Origin: Azolla caroliniana | Lineage: Eukaryota > Plantae > Polypodiophyta | Length of the DNA stretch: 64,000 nucleotides | Assembly (NCBI GenBank): GCA_043228905.1 | Contig: JBHGNT010000004.1 | Location: 2,542,001 to 2,606,000, forward strand | Direction: 5' to 3' | Shown here: one piece after another, positions 1 through 13,400 of the stretch | Layout of the letters: every line of letters starts with the position of its first letter | Position numbering within the stretch: position 1 is the first letter of the stretch | Position numbers and translations under genes: made by a program | Notes under the pieces: model-generated | Told to the model about the DNA's origin: nothing | Seen by the model: the letters and a program-made list of their open reading frames with translations, nothing else | Database searches by the model: none

Positions 1-3000
1 ACCTTTGTTATGAAGATTTGAAAGGTGTGACAGTCCTTCCATAGGTGTGCTTGTTGGATAACAACTTGCCATATGAAACCTTTCCAATATTTGTGAAATG
101 TATCCTTGTTGGGAGAAGTGAATAGCTCTTTTACCTTGATTGTATAAAATGTCAATCCCTAAGCAAAAGGAGATGACACCCATATCTTCCATGTCAAATT
201 CTGCGTTTAAGATGTCTTTTAAATATTGGGTGGCTGAAAATGTATTGGCCATGATGATTATATCATCAACATATACCGCAACAATAATATGTTTTTTATT
301 GTTACAAAGAACATAGATGCTTTGATCCGATTTGCAACAAGTAAAATTATTTTGTAGAAAGAAATTATGGAGGCGGATATACCAACATCTTCCAGCTTGC
401 CTTAAGCCGTAAAGTGACTTCTTAAGTCGACATGTTTGCGTTGGTTCCTCCTTGTTCATCTTTGGTAATGTCATATATATTTCTTCATTTAATTCTCCGT
501 TAAGAAAAGCTGTTTTTACATCCATTTGATGGATTTCCCAACCTTGTGCACATGCCTTTATTAATTCGACCCGAATGGAAGTGATGAGGGCAGTTGGCGC
601 ATAAGTTTCAGTGAAATCAATGCCAGCGATTTGTTTGAAGCCTTGAGCTACTAATCTAGCCTTGTATTTGATAGGAGTCCCATTTGATCCTCTCTTGATT
701 TTGAACACCCATTTGGAACCTATGGTTTGTTGCCTTTCACTTCCTTTTATAAGTTCCCATGTACCGTTTTTTTGATGCGCTTCAAGCTCCAAATGTATTG
801 CCTCTTCCCACTTTGCTTTATCTGGTGAAAGTAAAGCTTCTTTTAAATTGGATGGTTCAAACATTTCAGATTCTACACTTACATTGCACTCAAATGAGGG
901 ATCTCTAAGGATAGAAGATGGTCTTCTAATTCTTTGACCTCGCCTCAAACAAGATGATGCAATTTCCATTTCATTTGGTGATATTTCTTCTCTTATTGTG
1001 GTTTCGTCACATGGTTCTTCACCACAAAATGTGTCTTCATTTTCCTGCAAAATGCTATCAATGATCATGTGTGAACTTTTAACACTAGATTTGTTACTTT
1101 CTTCTTGCATTTTGCAAGGGAAATGATCTTCATCGAACAACACGTTGCGAGTGACAAACACTCGTTTTTGCTCTTCATTCCAAACTCTATACCCATAGCC
1201 TGGATCCTCATACCCGATCATAATTCCTTGCTTGGCAGTTGGATCCAACTTATGACGAAGTGGACGAGGTACATGGAAGTATGCCTTGCAACCAAAAGGA
1301 CGAAGATGAGTTATACTAACCCTTTTTTGTTGCCAAATTTCCTCCGGGCATCCTCCACGTATAAGCTTTGTTGGGAGTCGATTGAGTATATATGCTGCAC
1401 ATTTGGATGCTTCTCCCCAAAATTCTAATGATAATTTGCTATCTATCAACATACATCTTACCATATCCATGATAGTCCTATTTTTTCTTTCAGCCACACC
1501 ATTTAGTTGAGGAGTGTAGCTAGGGGTAAATTCTTGTGTAATACCATGATTAGAACAAAAAGAGCCAAAAATATGTGACTTGAACTCTCCACCTCTGTCT
1601 GATCTTACTTTGGTTATTGAGAGCCCAAGTTCAGACTCTGTGAGTGCCTTAAATTTTTGAAAATACTCAAAAGTGTCATCTTTGCATGAAAGAGGATATG
1701 CAAAAGTTTTTCGTGTATAATCATCTGTGACAACATATAAGTATCTTGCTCCTCCTATTGATGGCACATGCATTGGGCCACAAAGATCCATATGGACTAA
1801 TTCAAGAGGCCTACTAGCTAAAATTCCCCTTTTTGTATTAAATGGTTGTCGAGTAAACTTGCCTAGCTGACAACTCTCACATAAGTATTGTTGACTTACT
1901 TGGAGAATTTCTTTGTTTGAGATATTAATGTCCCTTACTTTCCTAAGTTTGTCAAAATTGACATGCCCGAATCTTTTATGCCATTGTAAGGCTTTCTTCC
2001 CAAAATCTTCAGCAACAATATTTGCTGAATGATGATGAATGTTTACATCTAATCTATATAATCCATGCTTCTTTTTTGCTTCAAAAAGAAGCATGTTTCC
2101 TCTCCATAATTCACACAATCCTTTTGAAAAAACAACCTTTATACCAGCTATATCTAGTGCATCAACAGACAATAGATTTTTCTTTATGAGAGGAACATGC
2201 AATACATTATGAATGATTCCTTCTCTAATCTTCACATCTCCTATTGCAATGGCCATTATGTGTGCACCATTTCCCAAAAATATTGGGCGTGGATTATCGA
2301 AAACATGATATTCTGTGAAAAATTCTTTGTTTTTACACATATGAGCTGATGCAGCAGAATCTACATACCAAGTTAGTAGATTTGTATTTGTGATTGCTTC
2401 ATCATCTTCAATGTCATGTAGTGATGCCATGAGCGCTACACCTTCCGTGTCTTTGTTTTCCCTCCTCCTTCTATAATTATCTGCTACCTTCTTAGCACAC
2501 CCACGTGCAATGTGTCCCTTTTCTTGGCAGTAATGACATACCACTTGAGATGGATCCATTGGTCGAAAAGCACTGACATTTCCTTCCCATCCCTTTTGTG
2601 AAGTTTTCTGAAATTTTTCATGCCAATTCTTAACATAATCATGTCTCTTACCTGAATGGGTTAGGAGAGCATGTTCATTAATAGAAGACTCTTCCCTTTG
2701 TAAACTTTGTCGTTGCTCCTCTTGTTCTAATATTGCCATTAGTTTGTCTAGGTCTTGAACTGCATCTGAATCATGCATTGAAACCACAAGATGCCCATAT
2801 GAACTAGGCAAACTGTTAAGTAAAATGTATGTTACCTCATCTTTGGGAAGCGTATGGCCAATCACTTGAAGCTGAGATGCAATATTTCTAAGTTTTTGAG
2901 CATGTTCACGAACTTTATCACCCGGCTTCATTTTTGTTGTTAAAAATTCTCTTTTGAGTCGAAGGACGTTAGCCATCGTGCTTGATTCATTCAACTTCAT

Positions 3001-3267
3001 CAATGTATCCCATGCCTCCTTAGCCGTTTTGGTGTGCCTTATCTCCTCAGCTTGTCTATCCCCTAAGTTGAGTCCAATGAGTGCATATGCTTTCTTCTCT
3101 CTTTTGTTGTAAGCCTCTGTATCTCCTTCTTTCTTCGGTGCCACTTCCTCCCCGTTGACTATCTTCAGGAGTCCCTTATCATCGAGTAGTATCTCCATCC
3201 TCCATTTCCACAATGGAAAATTATTACCAATGAACTTTTCAATGATACAATCTTTCAGGTTTGCCAT
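1..3267 (-). CDS. Ty1/copia gag-pol polyprotein (element C1), open to the window edge
   Basis: Manual translation from ATG 3267: MANLKDCIIEKFIGNNFPLWKWRME; zinc knuckle CHYCQEKGHIARGC; protease WYVDSAASAHM; integrase WHKRFGH..CESC..LELVHMDLCGP..RSDRGGEF..NGVAERKNRT; RT YKARLVAQGF, QMDVKTAFLNG, KSLYGLKQA, YVDD. Its absence from the ORF track is consistent with no stop before base 1. Confidence 0.93.
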   Translation of the reverse strand, partial: MANLKDCIIEKFIGNNFPLWKWRMEILLDDKGLLKIVNGEEVAPKKEGDTEAYNKREKKAYALIGLNLGDRQAEEIRHTKTAKEAWDTLMKLNESSTMANVLRLKREFLTTKMKPGDKVREHAQKLRNIASQLQVIGHTLPKDEVTYILLNSLPSSYGHLVVSMHDSDAVQDLDKLMAILEQEEQRQSLQREESSINEHALLTHSGKRHDYVKNWHEKFQKTSQKGWEGNVSAFRPMDPSQVVCHYCQEKGHIARGCAKKVADNYRRRRENKDTEGVALMASLHDIEDDEAITNTNLLTWYVDSAASAHMCKNKEFFTEYHVFDNPRPIFLGNGAHIMAIAIGDVKIREGIIHNVLHVPLIKKNLLSVDALDIAGIKVVFSKGLCELWRGNMLLFEAKKKHGLYRLDVNIHHHSANIVAEDFGKKALQWHKRFGHVNFDKLRKVRDINISNKEILQVSQQYLCESCQLGKFTRQPFNTKRGILASRPLELVHMDLCGPMHVPSIGGARYLYVVTDDYTRKTFAYPLSCKDDTFEYFQKFKALTESELGLSITKVRSDRGGEFKSHIFGSFCSNHGITQEFTPSYTPQLNGVAERKNRTIMDMVRCMLIDSKLSLEFWGEASKCAAYILNRLPTKLIRGGCPEEIWQQKRVSITHLRPFGCKAYFHVPRPLRHKLDPTAKQGIMIGYEDPGYGYRVWNEEQKRVFVTRNVLFDEDHFPCKMQEESNKSSVKSSHMIIDSILQENEDTFCGEEPCDETTIREEISPNEMEIASSCLRRGQRIRRPSSILRDPSFECNVSVESEMFEPSNLKEALLSPDKAKWEEAIHLELEAHQKNGTWELIKGSERQQTIGSKWVFKIKRGSNGTPIKYKARLVAQGFKQIAGIDFTETYAPTALITSIRVELIKACAQGWEIHQMDVKTAFLNGELNEEIYMTLPKMNKEEPTQTCRLKKSLYGLRQAGRCWYIRLHNFFLQNNFTCCKSDQSIYVLCNNKKHIIVAVYVDDIIIMANTFSATQYLKDILNAEFDMEDMGVISFCLGIDILYNQGKRAIHFSQQGYISQILERFHMASCYPTSTPMEGLSHLSNLHNKG

Positions 3268-3411
3268 CTCTAACTCTAGATGTTATCAATTACTAATGAA
3301 TGAGGGACTACAATGTGAGGGATTAATAATCTAGGGATGAATGTACTATTGATTACTAATCTGTGAACTTGGTGATGGATAACTAATGAATAATGGCACA
3401 ACGGAAGTTGT

Positions 3412-3425
3412 GTGGGCCCATAACC
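3412..3425 (-). promoter_or_regulatory. Primer-binding site of C1, half-tRNAiMet type (GGTTATGGGCCC)
   Basis: Minus strand reads ...TTCA A GGTTATGGGCCCAC directly after the LTR end and ~145 nt before the gag ATG. Confidence 0.85.
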
Positions 3426-3426
3426 T

Positions 3427-3732
3427 TGAAGGAACACAAGTGAACAGAATCAAGTAAGTATACACACAAATAGATGTGTCTATTTCTGTGAATGAATATG
3501 CAAAGGTGAAAGAGTAGGTGGAGGAAGGAACAAAACATAAAGACAAAAACTTAATAGATTAACTAGTATGGATGAACATACATGAACGATAAATCTGATT
3601 TGCAATATGTCTTTCAAGCTACAACTGAATCCTAACTCACATAAGTCACTCAAGCTACTACAGAGCTTGTATATATCATATAGGAACTCAATATAAAGCA
3701 TACATTGATTGTATCAAAAACTCTAACCAACA
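3427..3732 (-). mobile_element. Probable 5' LTR of copia C1
   Basis: Minus strand TGTTGG...TTCA with an internal TATATA, adjacent to the PBS. Outer boundary cannot be confirmed without the 3' LTR. Confidence 0.6.
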
Positions 3733-3762
3733 CACTGGTAGCATATATTGCTATCTGAAATA

Positions 3763-3820
3763 ACAACCAGAGAGAACTAAGATATGCCTATACAACCAGA
3801 GAGAACTAAGATATGCCTAT
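3763..3820. repeat. Tandem duplication, ~29 bp x2
   Basis: ACAACCAGAGAGAACTAAGATATGCCTAT occurs twice in tandem. Confidence 0.9.
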
Positions 3821-6800
3821 GACCTAAAAGGGGGATTCACTGCCGGATGCACAGAGAGCATTTGCAAGGCTCTGCCTTTTTCGTCTTCATAAACCTCCCT
3901 TTTATACCTTTATGCAATTTGGACGAAAAAGGAAAGAGAGAAAGAAAAGCCAATTGAGGGCTATGATTTAGGGAGGAGAGGAGATTTAGATTCTGCGGTG
4001 GCACACCTTTAATCTTGGCATCATCCACGGCAAAAAGGTGCTTCACTTAGCTCCCTTTCATCTTCTTTCTTCTTCATCGAGATTATCATCATGACTATAA
4101 TTTTGCTAAGGAATTACCAAAAACGCATAGAAGGAAAACATGAATCTAAGAAGTAGAACAAGAAAGAATCCTGCCTTCTTCGCCTTTCCTTTTCTTCTAG
4201 AAGACAATCGATCGACTGTAAATTCTGCTGAAACTTTACAGGAAACTTACAGAAAAACAAGCTCAAATTTTAAGTATAGAAAGAAGGAATTGAAGTAACT
4301 TAGTTAACCTGTAATTGAAAAGATGTTATTGGTGTTGGAATCCATCGCTGGAGTTGGAATTGTATGGAACAGTGAACGGTGTTCTCCTTTTAAGTCTTCA
4401 GAACGATCATCTGATCTAATCTGAGTACTAAACTGCGTTTACGTTTTTTATTCTGATTCTCTGAGCTCCAAAAAAACTACAAAAACCGTTCCGTCAAGAA
4501 TCTCTCTGGAAGACAAAATCTCCGATGAAGTGGCGAGAGAGAGGGAGGAGCAGCTGGGAGTGAAGAAGCTTCTAGAACCTTCCAGACACCGGAAGACCAA
4601 ATAGTTGAAGACCACAATGTGTGTTATTTGAATCTTAGCTTCTTTGATAAGTTTTGAATTTATGAAATTTGATTAATTCTGGGTATCATTAATCCTCAAC
4701 TTATGCAGTGCGTATTTCTTTAAACAGCAGCATATGGAGTTGGGTAAAAACTCTTTGTTGCATAAGATTAATTGATTTTGATTATTTGGAGCACATAATT
4801 GGATTTTGGGATCCATTCAAACAAGTTGAGAAAGGAGCATACGCTATTTTCTGTTTCACGAAGTACAACTTCAAAGTCACGTGAAATCTTGCCAATTGGA
4901 ATACTGGGTGTGAGATCATAATGTTCCAAAAGCATGCCTACATGAGAGACATAGCAAACATAAATAGGATTGTTTATGTGATTCGAGGAAATTCAAACAA
5001 CTTACATGGATTCCGATATTGGCTACACAAAATGGAGTTGGTTGTGAAATAATCTATAGAGCTTAACATAATATCCAATGTGTAAAACATGTAGCTTTAT
5101 CTTGAATGTTGAAAGCCAAGAGCTCGAAGAACTTTCAAAATATAATAAGTTGGGAATGATAACAATAGTGTACATATGATAGACATAGACTTGTCTTGCA
5201 TCCTAGCAGTAGTTACATCAAGTTTCCTTGACACCTAAGCGTTGCAGCCAGCATTGCTATCGAGAGTGGACATGCTCCGTATTCGAGCGATATACTAACC
5301 CACACTCCATGTTCACCGTAAGGCACTCATGATAATAACAACATTCCAATATGCAAGACACCCAAGTAGACAATGGTAAAGTAGTCATTTTTCATCCCAT
5401 TGACCATTCATTACACCATTACACCAACAAATTGCGCATATACAACATGTCATCAAAATATATATCACTTTCAAGCTACTCCTCAAGGTCAACCATGTGC
5501 CATGGCCCCCATTACTACCTCATGACAACATATTCATACTTCAACTTGAAAATGTTTCTCATTACCATTCACACGTTACACTAACACATTTAGAGGCTAA
5601 TGGATGTCCATACCCTTTTATATATATTTCACACCTTTATCAAGTTGTGTTGCTATAATTATTGGATCGAGTTTCCCATACTTTATACCTTTGTCCACAT
5701 AGTTATGTCTTGTACTACACATCTTATTAAGATATATTATTACCACTCTATCTAACATTCATTGTCTCCTTGCATATGTACAATATATATCATTGTGTTG
5801 TATTTGTTGGATTCATTTATGTGTGGTCTATATCTATTATCAAGTATATTCTAGTACCACTTTTAATCCCTCCGGTTACTATTAAATTAGCATGTTAACC
5901 CTTCTTTAAATTGTGGTTATCTTACATGCATAAAGAATACGTAGCATAGCGTTTATAGTCATGTTTTATAGCTACACATTTATAGGTGACACCTGAAGCA
6001 ATGTACACAATTTTGTTACAAAGCAAACGGAGAAATTAGTAGATACACAATGGCAAATCCTTACAAAAGAAAAGGCAAATTCAAGGTCAAGTCTACATGA
6101 GCATTGCCAACAAAGATGACTTCTCTTGGAACACAATTGGATGAGGAGAATAATAACCCAAAAGCCATAGGATTGGCTAACTAGCTCATTAATGAAATTC
6201 TTTTATGGATATCTATATTTCAACATTTTGATTCACAACTATCAAAGGCCATGCTCCCTAGCCCTACTTTTTAAAACAATTTTGATGGTTGAATGTGAAC
6301 CTAGCCAAACTACCCACATCGAGTATAATAATGCGTTCACTATGGTTAGGGTCAAATTGTGTTGTGTCCACTATTTTGTAGTAAAAAGAAGAAGACATAC
6401 ACAGTTCTAGAATCTAAGGTGCATCCAGATTTTGAAGACTAGGTATACATACATACACACATGGGGCATAGTTGTACTTATGTGACTTTGAGTAGTAAGG
6501 CAACTTAAATGCAACTCTGTGCGTGTGTTTGTGTGTGGGACAAAGAAGATCACACAACCTATTCTCAATTCTTAAGTCTATATATAGTCTACTATACTGT
6601 ATGTAACTAAAACTATAGTGAAGGCATATGCTAATAGAGTGCTATTACTATACATATGCTATCCATGTGAGAGGCATGATGATAATCACCATCTTATCAT
6701 CGTCATCATTAAAAAATACAACCCTTACATGTATATGTATGTATATATATATTATAGACTATAGTATATATATATGTATATAATATACACAAAACACTCG

Positions 6801-9313
6801 AAACTTTATAGTATGTACCACAAGGAAGCAGTAATATCCATCGATCATACGAAATGAATGACTCTTTCCATATATACATTACATTTATGCATTTCTCGGG
6901 AATTAAAGGGATGTGGCTCTGACATTCACATCTCTGTCCATAAGAGTTTGAGCCCAAGACATTAATGAACGCTTCTGAACGCCTCATTAATGCAAAGATC
7001 ACATCTCTCTCTCTCTCTCTCTCTCTAGACCCCGCCCCTTCTCTGTCTGCCTTTTAGGTCTCGAGCTCGAATCCTCCTGTATCGTCGACATAGGATCTCA
7101 GACCCTTCTCCATATTGAAAATGATATATACGCCTCCACGAATGTTATTATTACCCTTCTTCGCATAAGTTGTATAAAGTTTGGCTCAAAACCCTCTGCA
7201 GTAAAAAAATCACACAATCCCTTTTCTTTAAAGAAATCCAATACTGTATAAATGGTAATGATATTTTCTATAATACTACATTAAAATCCTTCTAGAAGCT
7301 TCACTTATTTTAAGGGTAATGCATTCTCTCATAACTTTCTGTCTATTCACAAAGGTCATACTGAGTTTACTCTTAAAATATATGCTTGCGTTATAATCAG
7401 AGGTATGTGTTGGAGAATCCAACTAAATCGAATGGAAATTCAATGTTCAGTTACTGTTTTCCATTACAACCTCATACAGAAATGAAAAAGTAAGGTTCAC
7501 TCACACATGCCACACATTTGATTAGTTTCATATGCATGTAAAGACCGAGCAAGCGCGCAGATGTTCTTTGTGAAAGTTTGCGACATTACTACTTACTTAC
7601 TTTTGGATTTGGCTATAGATATTCATATTAGAAACCAATCCAAACCCCTGACCAAAATGAACAGCATACCGTGTTTAGAGCATTAACTACGTGATATTTC
7701 AGCAGTAAATGAATGAGCAGATTATAGTACCATATGATAAGAGACAGTATAGTTTATAATTGAAAAGCGAAGCACATCGTCAGGCCAATGTTTTCGCTGC
7801 TCAATTTCTCTTGTATGATATGAATTGAGTTCACTTGCAGCAGAAATGTAGGAAAACATTTAATTTGTCTGTTCTTTTCTAAGGAGCATGTTGCTAGCCC
7901 TGGGCTCAGACATTTTCCTTTTGTCTCTCCTAAGTGAGAACTGTACAACAAATTATTAGTAAGAGGGTTCCCAAAAGAGTTAGGGACTGCAAATTGTACT
8001 ATGCGAAATAAGTTTTCGATTGTCATAATTACGGCACTAGAGCTGGGAGAAATATATGATAAATCTAGGGTTTGCTACAGTCAGTAAATAAATAATGTAA
8101 GGGTTTTCCAAACATCGAAGAGAAATAAAAGGTTTCCTTCTCAAATACATTTTAAATGTGGTTATAGCTACCTCCAGACCAAGCCCCAAATTCACAAATT
8201 GGTGTACTGCAAACAAAACACATTCAAGGTTGGATTTTCAATCACGCCATAATTTAGTGTTTAGTGCTAATTACAAAATAAGTCTATAGGATTGAGCTGA
8301 TAACGAATAGATTTTGGATAGCCCTGGGGATCAGATAATCAAAATTGGGCTGCATACTAAGCAGAGCATACTGTACCCACGTTAGTTCAAAAAAACTTAG
8401 AGTTGGACATGACAAGCTCAGATAGAGATAAAGTTCGACCGGAGTCTACAAAAAGAATAAGGTATATTTGAGAAAGCTTGCATGGGATCCATGCATGTGT
8501 TGAGCGGTTGACGATTATCATTGATAGTTGAGATCTCACGTGACAGCGTCAGGTTGATAGCGTGATGCAGTCAGTCTCATTCTCTTTTCTCCCCGACCTC
8601 CCTACATACAGGATATCCAAACAAAATAAAAAAAAAGGCAAAAAGCGTACCCCGATTTTATTTCTTTTAAACGTAATCACACCTAATTTCGCTTCCCCGA
8701 TTGATTTTTCGATTAGCTGGCGAAATAAAAACGCACCACCTAATCTGCAATAGAACTAATTCCACGTGTTTGTTTTCTGCATTTATATTTCCTCACATGA
8801 TTAGGCTTTATCCATGGAACAAGGAAAAAAAACCCGGAAAAAGCACCACTTTTCATCAAAGTTTCTTATGCTTCAACTGTACCATATAAAAAAGTTTTCT
8901 CAGAGACCTAATTACAACAAGCAGACAAACAAATCAACGAAGCTCAAACAAATTTCAATAGAATTATATAAATAAAGAAAGAGAGCCAATTACCTATCAT
9001 TTTTTGGCGATAACACCAGTAAGTAATACGAACACTAATTGAATAATTAAACTTCAAAAAAAAAATGAGGCGCACCACTAAAAAGCAAATAACCATAATC
9101 GAGCTTAATCTTCAAATAACGACGACAAGAGTTGTAGAAACAGAAGTAACGCATGATTTAATGATGATAATAACAAAGAGGATTATAGATAGGATCCACG
9201 TGAATAATAATCATAAGGGTATTAACACCAAAACGCGTTATATAGATAAATATTTATAAATGTACTTTAGTAGTAGTATTAGCAGCGGCGACAAGAGTAT
9301 TAATAGTAGTAGA

Positions 9314-9420
9314 AGGCTGGCACTGTGATATTGGCACGGCTCAATCCGATCAGGAGATGCACAATTCTCCTTTGCACTCCAAATCCGAGTGAGCCGCTCA
9401 AATACCACAATCCCACTCCA
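9314..9420 (-). ncRNA. MIR171: pre-miR171 hairpin; mature UUGAGCCGUGCCAAUAUCACA at 9344-9324
   Basis: The minus-strand 3' arm carries the conserved miR171 sequence. The 5' arm UGUGGUAUUUGAGCGGCUCACUCGGAU (9409-9383) pairs with it at 23 of 27 positions including G:U, around a ~32-nt loop. Confidence 0.92.
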
Positions 9421-10225
9421 ATTGTATGATTACTGGTAGATGCATCCACTCTAATAATTTGATAGCTACTGAGTAATGTGCAAGTTATCTTGGATCAAAC
9501 TAAAGGTTAACTAGGATTATATAGGAGGCTTATTCGTTTGCCAATTTATCAATACTCTACTGCTACTTAGAAACATACGCGTGTCACATATTTCATGACT
9601 GTAATAATTAGAAGTGTAATCTCAAAAAAAATCATACACTTATTGAACAACGTAACCGTTGATTCAACAAAGACATATGTAATTCCTGAAAATTTGATTT
9701 AGATATAGGCGCAGATACACACCTAAAAAACTTATGCATATTGTTGGCTAAAGAATAATTAGATTATAGCAAAATTAGTGTTAATATATGGTACATAGTT
9801 AAAACATTATTGGAATTGATAGAATAAGGTAGGATTCGGGATCAATGGAGAGGTCAATTGGTCTGTAAGAATATTAATATAGTCAAATGAATCACAAAAT
9901 TTACTGTGTCTCCTGCTATATATAATGAATAGTATCAGCATAATTCTGTAGAATTACTCAAATTTAATTGACTGATTAATGAGTCTATTAATAACGAATA
10001 TGCAATAGTAATTTGGAAGAGGGTTGCACGTTAGGCATTTAAAACCTAAAGAGATAATAAGCTATGTAATATAATTACCACAACAACGAATAATAAAATG
10101 TAGAAATAGATGTAGTTTCATAAACACACACAACTTCCGGATCCATGTCTAATAGCATGAGATAATAATAATCCATAGAAAGAAAAGAAGTCTTAAATAA
10201 ATCATTTTCTTAGGGGAGGGAGGGG

Positions 10226-10233
10226 CTTTATAG
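10226..10233 (-). promoter_or_regulatory. Candidate TATA box for pri-MIR171
   Basis: CTATAAAG on the minus strand, flanked by C-rich tracts, ~0.8 kb upstream of the hairpin; an alternative TATATATA lies at ~9917-9924. Confidence 0.35.
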
Positions 10234-10385
10234 TAAGGGGTGGGGAGGGGAGGGATGTCAGATTAATTTAATAAATATATTTGTGCACCACATTAATGAG
10301 TTAATTCTGTATAATATTATTAGATATGTTTTACTTTTCTTTTCAAAAGACAATGTCTTCATTGACTCGATATAAAATACATGTC

Positions 10386-10388
<3 letters not shown>

Positions 10389-10424
<36 letters not shown>
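10389..10424. repeat. (TG)n microsatellite
   Basis: Read directly. Similar (CT)n, (CA)n and (TATG)n tracts occur near 7004, 15841, 16220, 16350, 16992 and 17270. Confidence 0.95.
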
Positions 10425-10433
<9 letters not shown>

Positions 10434-13400
10434 GTGTAGATACATACATACATTTAGGGATACATACCTATATACAGGTCTAATTTAATATCATGGATAT
10501 AATATGTACATGATGTGTTTGTGTGTGTAGAGAGAGATGGTTTTTGGGTTAAAGGGGGGTCAGTATATTCAATTGACAGATAATGAGGAAGGGTAATAAT
10601 GTAATTTATAGTGTTTGGGATTTGGGTGGGAGGGGAGACAGACCCCAATTCTGTAATACTCTGATATGGTCAGTTAATACCTTCTCTCTCTAATGTCCAC
10701 TGTCTCCCCTCCCCCCCCCCCCCCCCCTTTTTCTCTTACATCCCCTGTTTTAATTAGAGGCAGCCCTGCACTGATCAATGAATTAAGTAAATGAGTGAAT
10801 GAATGGAAATTAAATCGAATTAACAGTCGGATTGTGTGAGTCCCCATCCGCCCCCTGACTTATGGAAATATATATACGTAATATATCATCAATCTTGCCA
10901 AGCGAGAGCAAACTTCTCTCTTTCCCATTCATTCAATATATTTTTTTATAAGTCTGTAAATGCATCTCTCTCTGGCTCTCCAATTATATTATTTTATATA
11001 TCCCTAGGTAGTGTTCCTGGATCAAATCCACCCAAGCAAGCGAATAATATTTGAAATGCTCCCCTGTTTCGTCATTAATTCAAACTTTATGTATTTATAT
11101 CGATGTATCTACATGTATCCGATCTTCACTTTATCTCATAGGTTCCATCGATATATAATTGTGCGTCCTTATTGATTCAAACTACATTGCACTCTCACTC
11201 TCTCTCTCACTACATATTTATTTATTTATTTATTTTATTTTATTCCTACAAACTCATTCAATATCGATTTGTTTTACTGTTCCCACAAACTTCAATTACG
11301 TCTGTGGTTTTTTTCTTGCGTAAGATTAGATGAGCTAGTAGATATGCATCAAGGGTAGGCTTGTCCATTTCTATGTATCTGTGTGTGTGTGTATTTCCAC
11401 TTATGGACGGGATGTGATATTCAGTACCTCCAATTGTTTCCTTCCATTATTTTTTCTTAGCTCGAAATGGCTTGGAGCTGAATGGATCTTTTAAAAAGTA
11501 ATAGCAGTAGTAGTTTTTTTCATCATAGTCTTGTCCTTTGGAGAGAGAACCCCTTATTTATTTACACTCACGAGTTCTATATGCGAACGTTCATATAATA
11601 ATAATAATTACTCTTATTATTATTAATTAGATCTGGAAACTTATTACTCCAGTCGTTGTCAACAGAAGAGGGCGGGGTTGTGTGTGTGTGTAAAGTTTTA
11701 TTTGCTTTTCTTTCATCCATTCAATTCCCCTCCCAATTATTCAAAATAGTGTACAAATTTTTGTTTGTTTTTCCCAGCCTCAAAACCTCTACGAAATATA
11801 TGTATGTATATGCATACATACACACTGAATGTGAAATGACAAATTTAATTCGATTGTGACCTAAATTATCCCTCTTTTTTTGCAACAAATATGGAGGGGA
11901 AGGAAAGCTTCTGGTGTTTCAAACCCTGTATCTCATCAAATTAAGGGTTTTTTCTATGACGTTAAATTAGTCCCAACTCATTTTTACCTGCTCTAGAAGT
12001 TACTGAAGATATCCTCAAACGGAAGAAGGGCTAAAATAAAATTGGCATATACCGCGCCACCAGGCTTATTTGGATGAATTAGTTCAGCATGCGAAAGTGT
12101 AAAAGATGAAGAAAAGAATCGCCATGAAATCAAGATGAGATTGAATTAGGAGCAGCGAATAAGAAAAGGACCCCTTGTAATTTGTAGTGGTCGTACCCCC
12201 ATTACCATTACGACGTGCAATTTAATCGCGCTCCCAATGCAGGCATTGGGCACTGGAGCATTAAAAACAACCCCAAAAACAGAAAAGCAATTAGATTAAA
12301 AGAACTTAAATACGAGAGAGAGAAAGACTTAACTTTGGATTCAACAATTGAAAGTTTGATGGAAAAGAGAAGAAAAAAAGAGATGGTGTAAAAAAAAATT
12401 ACATTAAAGTTTTTTTACAAGTGGCAAGCAAAACTGGGTTGCTGCATTTAGGCCTTTTAATTGAACCGGTACCAACAACACATCAACCCTTCCCGGCCCA
12501 CTCTTCACATGAATGAACACATACGTAACATACATACATAATGTGGGCTTGTAACTTGCTCATTTCGTCATTTCTTTAATCTTTGCCATTAATGGTAGCG
12601 ACGGAGTCGAGATCTCATTGACCCCTCCTTATAGACATTAGGGTAAAACCCTTCCCATTTTTGACTAGGCAAACCTTTAGCTCCTTTTATTATGCATATG
12701 GTTGGGACAAAACTTTACATTTATGGCTCCACCACTTTTTGCATGTGATGTGGATGACTAATTACATGCCCTAGTTGTTGATATTGCACACGAGAATTTC
12801 CTTTTTCCACTTCAATGCTAGAGTCATGAATGACCCTTGCTCAAGTGATCTTTTTATGTGGATTGATATGATACCAATAACATTTTTAGTCACACATATT
12901 AAATCCTAACAAGAAGAACGAAGATTTCAGTTGCAACTCTAGTTTAATCAACCATTGGCAGGGACGGGGGGTAAACTTGTGAGTTTTTGTAGGGTATGTA
13001 TATTCAAAAATTTATTCCACACATACATATTGCAACAACAACACATATGGCACTTGAAAATATATCATAGCCTTAAGTTTTGGTTGCAAGTATAATTTCC
13101 CTATATTTTAGAATTACGATATGAACATTGGAAGAATATATTATTGTTAGGGCTCCATGAATTATTTGATAAGTTGTTGAAGAGTTTATGCATAATGTTT
13201 AACATACTTTACTCTTGGGTCTAGTTTAGTTGTGTTTAACATACCTTACACACTTCAACAACAAATCATAATTTTTTCCACGCTCATTCTGCAATTATTA
13301 CAATTTGAATGTTCTTATAAGGTCAAGAATGCTTAGCTATGGACGCTCTATAAATGTGTATGCAACAATGTCTTAGTTATTCTCATAAATATTGTGTTTG

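Noticed and set aside
3820-4600. Possible transposon terminus or LTR remnant
   Set aside because: No terminal repeat partner, PBS or TSD identifiable within the window.
10631-10710. Inverted repeat AGGGGAGACAG/CTGTCTCCCCT as a second miRNA
   Set aside because: Only an 11-bp stem with an unpaired interior and no known mature sequence.
12234-12251. Palindrome CCCAATGC-AG-GCATTGGG
   Set aside because: Too short to exceed chance and has no supporting context.
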